Shown here: positions 22,731 through 32,392 of the stretch, piece by piece
How positions within the stretch are numbered: position 1 is the first letter of the stretch
Layout: the number at the start of each line of letters is the position of its first letter
NCBI RefSeq assembly: GCF_006345805.1
Contig: NW_021832804.1
Location: 1 to 32,392, forward strand
DNA from: Octopus sinensis
Taxonomy: Eukaryota
Length of the DNA stretch: 32,392 nt
Direction of reading: 5' to 3'
The notes under the pieces: model-generated
Databases searched by the model: none
Seen by the model: the letters and a program-made list of their open reading frames with translations, nothing else
Told to the model about the DNA's origin: nothing
Translations under genes and position numbers: made by a program

Positions 22731-24049
22731 TTTATGTATACGACAAGATTCTCTCAGTTTTCGCGTATCAAATCGATTGCCAAGGCTTTGGTCGACTCGA
22801 GGCTAAATTGGAAGAATCTTGCCGAATCTGCCAAGCGGTGGGACTGAACCTAGAATTATGTGTTTGACAAGCAAATTTCTTGCCACACAGCCACACCTGC
22901 GCCTATCTATTAGTTTCTACACTGACACCAATAAATTCAGTTCCTAATGTATGCTCGTCAGATCCTCTTAATCGTAAACATATATGAATGCCACATTCTA
23001 CTAAATACAGGTATGGTGGCCAGTGTCCTATTTTCGGAGTCAATCCTAATTACAAATGATATAAGCTGTAGGTGCCATTTTAATTTTTAAAACTAAACTC
23101 ACTGGCAGTTTAAACGACGATTTTAATTACGATCTCTTTGTATAGTATCGCTCTAAAATATGGTTTCGAATCAAACAAAATCGATCATGACTAGTGGCAA
23201 TGGAAATAAGTAAGATGAAATTGAAGTGGTGAGTGGAGTATCTCACGTTTCGGAAAGAGTTTTTCCTCAGGGTAAAGATGATAGAGGGAAATATAAGAAA
23301 GAAATTGCATATTTTTACATCCTCTATATTTGAGAGACTGGCTGCAACTGTGGCATGGAAACGTTGCAAAGGATCAATAAAATATCTTTTAATATCGGGT
23401 AATGCTGAGTTCCACACATGTACATGATCTGTCTGGACAACAGGGCAACCGTTATGGTTTAATATTTCTTTCAATATTCCCCAGAGATGATTCTGCATGC
23501 GAATTACGCTACCAATGTTGACAGGAATCATTTGGTAATATAAACCAAGAATTGGAAGACTGTCGAAGACTCTTTCTCTCTCTCCCACTCTCACTCTCTC
23601 TCTCTCTGCATGTATTTCTCTTTTTCTCTCTGTAACTATGTGTGTCTGTGTTTATGTGGCTTTCTATAGAATATCAGTCATCGAAGTTAGGATATCCTTT
23701 CCAGGTTTTAGTACATCATAATGGCGTGGGTTTCAGTTTTATGTTGAATAATTAAAGCCTAATGAAGGAGATGGTCAGATATGTAAAACTATACAAACAG
23801 TACGTTATGCCTAATACGTGTAAACTGTAAAATAATTCAGTGAGTCATGGCGTTCGGTTTCAATTTAGCCGGGATTCACATTTCCAGTTCAGCCAAGATC
23901 ATGCGTTAAATCTTATTATGATTCCGGGTTCGTTCCCACTGCATGGCAACTAGAGCAAATATCTTTTGCTATTGCCTCGGGCCGATCAGAACCTTGTGAG
24001 TGGTTTCGTAGACAGAAACCGAAAGAATTCTGCGATGTATGGTATATTC

Positions 24050-24385
24050 TTTTATGCTTTTACTGATTTCCGTCATTTGACCGCGGCCATGCTGGAGCAC
24101 CGCCTTTAGTCGAAGAAATCGACCCCAGGAATATTTTTTGCAAGCCTAGTACTTATTCTATCGGTCTCTTATTCTATCGGGGATATAAACACATCAAAAT
24201 CGGCTGTTAAGCGAAGGTGGTAGGACAAACACAGACACACAAATGCATACAACGGGCTTTCTTCAGTCTCCATCTACCAAATCCACACACAGGACTTTGG
24301 TCGACCCTAGGATATAGTAGAAAGCACTTCCCCAAGGTGCACAAACTGGGACTGAACCTGGAACCACGTGGTTTGGCAAAATACG
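24050..24385 (-). mobile_element. SINE family B, near full length (flanked by a + head fragment at about 23905-24035 and a + tail at 24390-24470)
   Basis: gaccgcggccatgctggagcaccgcc tail through gggactgaacctggaaccacgtgg head. Confidence 0.85.
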
Positions 24386-24545
24386 CCGAGAGGATTAGTA
24401 CCAGGCTTAAAAATTCTTCAAGATGGTACTTCAGCATGGCCACACTCTATTGACCGAACGAAGGAAAAGAAAAAAAGAAAGGAATAATAACTGTGATGGT
24501 TTGAATACGGCATAAACAACAGCATCAACAGTAATTACCTCCGTA

Positions 24546-24762
24546 AAGGGCCGCGAGCTGGCAGAATCGTTAAGCACGCCGGGCGATATGCTTGGCGGTA
24601 TTTCGTTTGTCGTTACGTTCTGAGTTCAAATTCCGCTGAGGTCGATTTTGCCTTTCATCCTTTCGGGGTCGATCAATTAAGTACTATTGCGTACTTGGGT
24701 CGCTCTAATCGATGCCCCCTCCCCGAAAATTTCGGGCCTTGTGCCTAGAGTAGAAAAGTATA
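24546..24762 (+). mobile_element. SINE family A, full length, tail type 2
   Basis: Head, B-box, body and tail cccctccccgaaaatttcgggccttgtgcctagagtagaaaag. Confidence 0.9.
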
Positions 24763-24959
24763 ATTTCCTTCCTAGATTGGCTGTTGTGAACATCCTTCTC
24801 GGATTACAAAGCGAAGAGGCGTTGTTTCGATTCACGCTGCCAGTGTTAACATTGGTTCTAAATATCCAACAACTCATAACCGTTAGCTCAGTGGTTCAAT
24901 GTTCATAGTGCTGAAGTGGGACTTAAGTGAACTACCTTAACATTATAAAGGGCTTCCCC

Positions 24960-25160
24960 GTTATCGTCTTAATCGCCAGAATCATCATCATCCGTGTCAT
25001 CATCGATGTCGTCATCGTAAAAGTTTTCATCATCCTTTCCATCAGGACGATCGATCACCATCATCAACATCATTACTTTCGTCTTCATCATCGTCATTGC
25101 CACCATCATCGTCGTCGCGATTAACATCTTTGAAAACCATCTCTATCATCGTCGACGTCG

Positions 25161-25192
<32 letters not shown>

Positions 25193-25270
25193 GCCATCAC
25201 CATCATCATTATCATCACCACCACCATAGTTATCATCATCACCATAATCATCATCATCATCATCATCATT

Positions 25271-25323
<53 letters not shown>

Positions 25324-25352
25324 TACCAGCATCCCCCCTTCACCACCCCACC

Positions 25353-25386
<34 letters not shown>

Positions 25387-25440
25387 TCATCATCACCATA
25401 ACTATGACCTTCATCATCATCGTCATCGTCGTAGTCATCA
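24960..25440. repeat. (CAT)n/(CAC)n microsatellite; (GGAA)n follows at 25550-25675
   Basis: Directly visible. Confidence 0.95.
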
Positions 25441-25707
25441 AAATAATTATGTATATTAATTAAGCGCAATTGTCTATTGTCGTTAATGGCTTTGTTAGAA
25501 GAGGCGGGACAGCTCACATTATACATGTCTGGTTCCTCAGAAGCAAAGGAAGAAGAACGGAAGGAAGGAAAAAGAAGGAAGGAAGGAAGGAAAGAAAGGA
25601 AAGAAGATAGAAAAGAAAGGAAAGAAGGGAGGGAGGAAGGAAGGGAGGAAGGAAACAAAGGAAAGACGGAAGGAAGTTTCTTGAGTTGGATGACGAAACC
25701 CAAATAC

Positions 25708-25834
25708 TTGCAACTAACCGGACTCCGCTAAAGTCACGCATGCGTTAAGTGGCGGTGTTAAACAGGGCGATAGAATAAATCTACTTTCTCCACTTCACAT
25801 ATGCGTGATATTAGCGGAGTCCAGTCTGTTGCAA
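25708..25834. repeat. Small inverted-repeat (hairpin) element, 34-bp arms
   Basis: Arms 25708-25741 and 25801-25834 match at 29/34; 59-bp spacer; no TSD seen. Confidence 0.75.
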
Positions 25835-25936
25835 TGAGCCTTCGACAGGATTCCACACAGATCCTCTTTCACCAAACTTCCCCCACAAGGCTTTGGTTAA
25901 CGTGAAGCAACGCTGGAATAGTGACTGTAGAAATAC

Positions 25937-26347
25937 GCCTTTCTACTGGAGGCACAAGGCCTGAAATTTGGGTGTAGCGTGTGGTGGTGGTGGGACTAGT
26001 AGATTACATCGACCCTACTAAATCCTTAATTTATCGACCCCAACAGTATGAAATGCAAAGTCGACCTCAGCGGAAAGTAAGAACAGACAAAATGGCGGTA
26101 AGCATTTTTGCCCGGCGTGCTTACAATTATTTTCTACTCTACGAACAGGGCCCAAAATTTGGGGAGGGGGCAGTGTCAACTAGTACTTAATTATTCGAGG
26201 GGGCTAGTACGCAACTAGTACTTAATTTATCGATCCCGAAAGGATGAAAGATGAAGTCGACCTCGGCGGAATTTGAACTCAGAACGTATAGACAGATGAA
26301 ATACCGCTAAACGTTACGCCCGGCGTGCTAACGTTTCTGCCAGCTCC
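25937..26347 (-). mobile_element. Two tandem SINE family A copies, tail type 2 (25937-26125, 26130-26347)
   Basis: Reverse-complement matches to family-A body and tail. Confidence 0.8.
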
Positions 26348-26397
26348 CTACTTTGACTGTAGATAAAGTGGGAACGACTATAAGAGCAGTAGTTTTA

Positions 26398-26680
26398 ATG
26401 TGGTTGTGTGGTAAGAAGGTTGTTTCCAAAGCATATATTTCCGGGTTCAATCCTACTTAGGCAAGTGTCGACTACCGTAACCTTGGGCCGACAACTACCC
26501 TGTGAGTGGATTTGGTAAACAGAAGCCGGTCCTGGTGTGTTTACCTTTGCGGTTCGGTACAATGTTCGAAAACACGAAGATGAATCCTGGGATCGATTCG
26601 TTCAACTAAAACCCTTCAAAACGAAGCCCCAGCAAGGCCGCAGTCTGATGACTGAGGCAAGTGAAATAAGAAAGAGAACA
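26398..26680 (+). mobile_element. SINE family B, internally deleted
   Basis: gtggttgtgtggtaagaag head; ccccagcaaggccgcagtctgatgactga tail; microsatellite segment absent. Confidence 0.8.
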
Positions 26681-26721
26681 ATGAGTGATGTAATATTTTT
26701 ATTATCATTATTGTTATTATT

Positions 26722-27600
26722 GAAGGCGGCGAGACGGCAGAAACGTTAGAAAGCCGGGCGAAATGCTTAGCGTTATTACGTCTGTCTTTACGTTCTGAGT
26801 TAAAATTCGCCGAGGTCGACTTTACCTTTCATCGTTTCGGGGTCGATATATTTAGTAGCAGTTACCAGATTAGAAAAGATTATTATTGAAGTCGGTGAGC
26901 TGGCAGAATCGTTAGCACGGTGGGCGAAATGCTTAGCAGTATTTCGTCTGCCGCTACGTTCTGAGTTCAAATTCCGCTGAGGTCGACTCTGCCTTTCATC
27001 CTTTCGGGGTTGATTAAATAAGTACCAGTTACGCACTGGGGTCGACGTAATCGACTTAAACCGTCTGTCTGTCCTTGTTTGTTCTCTCTGTGTATAGCCC
27101 CTTGTGGGCAGTAAAGAAATAAGAATCGCTAGAATTCCAGACGAAATGCTTAGCCGTATTTCACCCGTCGCTTCGTTCTGAGTTCAAATTCCGCCGAGGT
27201 CGATATTGCCTTTCATCCTTTTGGGGTCGATTAAATAAGTACCAGTTACGCACTGGGATCGATGTAATCGACTCATCCTCACCTCCTCCAAAATTGCTGT
27301 CCTTGTGGCAAAATTTGGAACCACTATTATTATTATTATTATTATTATTATATTATTATTATTATTTATTATTATTATTAAGGCGGTGAGCTTGCAGAAT
27401 CGTTAGAACGCCGGAAAAATGCTTAACGGCATTTCGTCCGTCTTCATGTTCTGTGTTCAAATTCCGCCGAGGTCGACTTTGCCTTTCATCCTTCGGGGTC
27501 GATAAAATAAGCACCAATTAAATACAGGGAGTCGTTCTAATCGACTTGTACTCACCCCCGAAACTGCTGACCTTGGGGCAAAACCTGAAGGTAGTATTAC
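26722..27600 (+). mobile_element. Four head-to-tail SINE family A copies (26722-26868, 26888-27121, 27122-27330, 27380-27600)
   Basis: Repeated heads, B-box and body, with differing tails, separated by (ATT)n. Confidence 0.9.
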
Positions 27601-28239
27601 TTTTACCAGGCTGTAAAGACAACAAACGTAACAACACCAATAGCAATAACAAGAACAACAACAACAACACCAATAACACTGTCCTCGTCATTCTTAACTA
27701 CAATATCAGTGAGAAGAATGGCGGTGGTGGTGGCGATGGTGAGGGAGTAACATTAAAAGTATTAGAAGTCGGATCAGAAATAAAGCCACATCAACTGCGC
27801 ATGCTTACTGAACGTAACGTGACACTAATATCTATGAACAGGTTTATATTTTAATAAACAGCTGCAAGGGAGCCTGAAAATCGATCCTATAAAACCCCTT
27901 AACACACACCATAGAATGCATTTACGTGGCTCAATTTCATGAAAGATTCGAAGAATTTTTGTTTTACATTTTATGCTTAACAGTAAAATAAAAAAAAAGA
28001 AAAGAAATAAATACATAAAAACAAGATCAATAAAACATGTTATAGATCCTTTGAACTGTCTCTTGTCCAGCTTGTCGGCAATTAGTTTCCAGCGGAGGAC
28101 ATTGCTGCGTTCGTTTTGGATTTCATTAGTCGATTGTTTTATAAAATATCGTCTGCTCGTTCAATTGAAATTCTTCCTCCATTTTTCCATTAGGATTTCG
28201 TGCCTGCTTCTACATGTGTTTTGCTATTTATGTGGTTTC

Positions 28240-28756
28240 TTTATATGCGTATTTGTAACATTTTATATGTATCTGATCTGTGGTATCTGGAAAAAGGTGT
28301 ATGTATGTACATATGTGCGTATACGTGTGCGTATATGTATATGTATGTAGATTTGTATTTACGTCGATTTGTATGAATGTAGATTTGTAAGAAGACTTGA
28401 ATGTTTGTATGTATATATGGGTGTAGGTATGCATGTATATTTGTATGTATGTACGTGTGAATGTACAAATGTATTTATGTAAAAGTGTATGCATGCATTT
28501 ATTTATGTATGTGTGTTAAATTGTATGAATGTTTCTGTGTGTGTGTGTATATACATGTGTGTGCATCAGTATGCATTATGTGTATATATATGTATATGAA
28601 GAAGATTTAATCATGTATGTGTTTATGCAAGTTTGAATGCATATACACATTTGTGTATGTATTACTCTGTATGCATATATACATATATATGCATGAGTAC
28701 ACACACACACATATGTGTGTCTTTCGTATGTTCTTATCTCTGTACGTACGTATGTA

Positions 28757-28797
<41 letters not shown>

Positions 28798-29020
28798 ACA
28801 CACACATACACACGCACGCACATATATATAGTTGTAGTGAATAATGTATATGTGTGTGCATGTGTTTTCTGCTTTTTATCCATCTAAGTTTTTTCTAATA
28901 GAGAAAGTCGGCCTCCAACCTAGCGAACGAGAATTTTCATTTTATTTAGGAAACATCAGCTAGATAATCGCAAATGGACGTGTCCACGTGTTTGTATGTG
29001 CGTGCGTATATGTATGATCC

Positions 29021-29053
<33 letters not shown>

Positions 29054-29483
29054 TATATAATAGTGTGTGTGTGTGTGTGTGTCTTTATTCATACATATCT
29101 ATCTGTGTATATATGTGTATGTATATGGATATACGATTATATATATATATATATGTATATATGGATAAGTATGTATGTGTGAATGTATGTGCTTCAGTGG
29201 TGTAATACAAGCGTTTTTTTGTGCAAGTGCATTTATATGCATGTATGCGACTTCGTGGCGCTATAATTTTTGACATACGTATTTGAACAAATGGATGTAT
29301 ACAACTGTTTGTATATGTGTTCATCCTTGCAATTGGATGTGTGTGCACATCACTATATCTCAGTACATGCATATATATATATATATATTTATATTTGTAT
29401 ATTATGTATTTGTATATATGTATGTATATATGTATATATATAACTGTATATATATATATATATATGTTTATATATATATATAT

Positions 29484-29548
<65 letters not shown>

Positions 29549-29570
29549 CATATATACATATATATATCTG
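28240..29570. repeat. Compound (TATG)n/(CA)n/(TA)n microsatellite field
   Basis: Directly visible, with short unique spacers. Confidence 0.93.
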
Positions 29571-29699
29571 TCGGTCTATATGTTAGAATCCGCGTTCATT
29601 TCTATATTCTGTTGGATTGTTTTCCATATTTCTTTTATGACGCGGTTTGCTGTATTGCGAATAAGATGTGTTATTTCTGAAATTTATAAAAACATCATA

Positions 29700-31400
29700 T
29701 TTTCTGAGTATTAATTCTGAGAAACGACTCAGGACAACTGCCTTGACAATGTTCATGGCACATGAATGAACTTTTAAGGGATGATGTTATCCTCTGACAA
29801 AAAACCCTAGCTTGGAGCCATGGAACAGAACTGACTTCACTACAGGTTGCCATAGACCAGGTAGTGGTCTTAAATTGAGCTGATTTAGTTATATAATCCT
29901 GCATTGCAATGAACGCCAGAGACCATAGACTAAGTTTAAAACATGTCATAAGCGTTTTATTTTTATCTGCTAATCTTATTGGACAAATAACAGCTACAAC
30001 AATGCAAGTTTCGCAAGATTTGTATCTCCACATTACTCTTTGAGATATATAATCTATTTTATTTCCTTTCTTCTGAAGATTCAGTTCAGCCAAAAAACAT
30101 GTCTTCATGCTTTCAATCTCAATGAATTCCGAATCGCTCTGGGTTTTTGTAAGCTGCTTTTCTGTATCGATGGACATCATTGCTTAGGCTTTTGCCTATT
30201 AAACCGCCTCAAAGGAAAACAGTGCGGGGCTAATATTTTCGCACAAATGGTGTGCGTCACGAAGGCGGTGAGCTGGCAGAAACGTTAGCACGTCGGGCGA
30301 AATGCATTGCGGTATTTCGTCAGCCGTTACGTTGTGAGTTCAAATTCCGCGTCAACTTTGCCTTTCATCCTTTCGGGGTCGATAAATTAAGTACCGGTTA
30401 CGCACAGGGGTCGATGTAATCGACTTAATACCTATGTCCGTCCTTGTTTGTCCCCTCTGTGTTTAGACCCTTGTGGGCAATAAAGAAATAGGTGTGCGTC
30501 ACATGTTCAACATCGACCTAGCATAAACTACATGCATTGCAACACTTGGTTTGCCATACAGACATCTTTCTCTAGCAACGCACATGTGTTATTTCATGCA
30601 TTTAATGACTCCGCTTCCTTGATTGTACAAACACCAATATCCAGAACCATATAGAGAGAAAGGTCAATCGGTTGACAGAAATTTCATCACAAGCCAACCC
30701 ACAGCAGTCTCTCATCCGCAGGCGTTCTGTTTCCTCTATCTGTTCTACAGGTACTAAAATGATTTCTGCTCCTCGGAGCTGGCTGGAGTGGTAGCTCCAC
30801 GAGTCAGGAAACCCCTACCCACTTATCTCTCTCCCGTCAATCTTGGTGTCAGTACCCTCCCCTCCTCTATCACTGCACTAACTCCTGTGTCCGATCCTTC
30901 TTCCCCAGAATCTCGAAAGAGATTGCGGGTAATCAAACTCTGGAATCTCTTCCGAAACAAAGCCTTTTCTACAGCTGTTAAGCAGCAATGGTTTGCACAG
31001 AACATTAAAAGTATCAATCTCACCCGGTTCGAAGGGCATGCAAGGTTCATGGGGCCTGCTCCTTTCTCCAGACATAGGAACTACAAAGAAAACAATGGCG
31101 ACAGAAGAAAAATCCAAATCGTTTATAATCCTTATAGATGACCGAAAGTCTTTTAGTATCCCTGTTATAGAGGAACAAAATCGAATGGTGTTTAAAAATC
31201 AAGGAACTTTGACTAAAATGATTCCTTCTAGACTCTCAAACCTATCTCACAGAACGCAATTCTGTTGACCAGAATTTGCTCCAAAGTAATAATAATGATA
31301 CATTTCCAAACTCTTTTCTTTCCAGCTGTTCGTTCATCTGTAATAATATTGTTGATATTTCAGCGCTCCTAGAGGAATAGCTTTAGTCGCTCTCTATACA
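29700..31400 (-). mobile_element. Heavily decayed REL-type (R4/Dong-like) retrotransposon C-terminal half: post-RT, zinc knuckle, endonuclease
   Basis: After removing the SINE: CNACSLC*VDVEHVTHTICAKILAPHCFPLRR (CCHC-knuckle-like), then VMWRYKSCETCIVVAVICP and VYGLWRSLQ; weaker upstream matches KRVWK, YVWRKE, IKEAE at plausible spacing. Confidence 0.6.
30261..30490 (+). mobile_element. SINE family A, full length, tail type 1, 12-bp TSD
   Basis: TSD ggtgtgcgtcac at 30249-30260 and 30491-30502. Confidence 0.93.
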
Positions 31401-31835
31401 GTCTATACATTATATTCTGGCAAGCAACTGACCGAGAGTTAGTTGGCATATAAATGTCTTTGTTCTTCTGTATTAACTTTCTTTCCAACATTGGCGGCCA
31501 ATTTAATGTATTGATTTCCCCGCTGAGAGCATATTGGTATATCTTGATGAAGTATCGAAGATACAAAGTTAGACTTTTTGTACCAGCAGACAGCTGCAAA
31601 GTCTATGAAAGATATCAGGGAATGGATGGTCATTCTCAGTCCCGAGAGTGAGTATCTCTTGCAACACTGAGGTTTCCGTGCAGCTCAAGGGGAATGGTCT
31701 TTAAGTATGCCCGCATTGATGTATGTATGTATGATGTATGTATGTATGTATGTAGTATGTATGTATGTATGTATGTATGTATGTATGTATGTATGTATGT
31801 ATGTATGTATGTGTGTACGTACGTATGCGTGCATG

Positions 31836-31867
<32 letters not shown>

Positions 31868-31922
31868 TGTATGTATATATATATGTATGTATATATATAT
31901 ATTTGAACAAATAGATGTATAC

Positions 31923-32098
31923 ATTTCGTCTGCCGTTACGTTCTGAGTTCAAATTCCGTCGAGGTCGACTTAACCTTTCATCCTTTCGGGGTCGATAAAT
32001 TAAGTACCAGTTACGCACTGGGATCAATGTAATCGACCTAATCCCTTTGTCCGTCCTTGTTTGTCCTCTCTATGTTTAGCCCCTTGTGGGTAGTAAAG

Positions 32099-32103
<5 letters not shown>
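31923..32103 (+). mobile_element. SINE family A, 5'-truncated, tail type 1, embedded in (TATG)n/(TA)n
   Basis: atttcgtctgccgttacgttctgagttcaaattcc ... cccttgtgggtagtaaagaaata. Confidence 0.88.
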
Positions 32104-32157
<54 letters not shown>

Positions 32158-32392
32158 TGTATGTATGTATGTATGTATGTATGTGTGTATTTATGTATGT
32201 ACGTATGTAGTACGTACTTGAGAATGCATGTCTATAGCCATGCATATAAATACGTCAAGAGGCATGCAAATAAACACGCACACACGAACACTCGCACACG
32301 CGCACATGCGCACGCGCACACACAAACACACATACAAACATGTAACTGAGAACAAGAAGGAAGTTTTACGATCTGCTTCTAACACTCCCAAA

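Larger units (their letters stand above)
22010..22905 (-). mobile_element. SINE family B split by insertions (3' half 22010-22200, 5' half 22735-22905)
   Basis: Tail tttcagtcattagattgcggccatactggggcaccgcc; head (reverse complement) gtgtggctgtgtggcaagaaatttgc...ggttcagtcccacc. Confidence 0.8.

Noticed and set aside
26722-27600. Regularly recurring repeats suggestive of a CRISPR-like or satellite array
   Set aside because: Units are 150-230 bp SINEs with different tails and truncations; no constant repeat-spacer structure.
30788-31651. Overlapping plus-strand ORFs as a novel gene; FEPGEIDTF..RIGH as a PLAT domain
   Set aside because: Better explained as alternative frames of the decayed minus-strand retrotransposon; the PLAT motif spacing is wrong.

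Overview
AT-rich, microsatellite-dense eukaryotic DNA. It is most likely from an octopus or related cephalopod; this is inferred from the SINE families and repeat content as I recall them, not from a search. I found no intact protein-coding gene, tRNA gene, rRNA or CRISPR array. Almost all ORFs in the supplied track are translations of simple repeats. The non-simple sequence is mostly a nested graveyard of mobile elements: (i) about seven decayed fragments of R4/Dong-like restriction-endonuclease (REL) non-LTR retrotransposons, recognised by RT, zinc-knuckle and PD-(D/E)xK motifs across frameshifts; (ii) one clear and one doubtful CR1-group LINE 3' end; (iii) at least four tRNA-derived SINE families, given working labels A-D, one copy with a perfect 15-bp TSD; (iv) a mariner-derived MITE, two foldback elements and a small hairpin element; (v) two Penelope-type repeats carrying minimal hammerhead ribozyme motifs, both sitting inside the internal (TA)n of an antisense family-B SINE. 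The most interesting signals are the hammerhead elements and their shared landing site, the SINE-B tail matching the LINE 3' UTR, tail swapping in SINE A, and the multi-layer nested insertion at 6.1-8.1 kb. All alignments and translations were done by eye, and boundaries are approximate unless a TSD or TIR is quoted.
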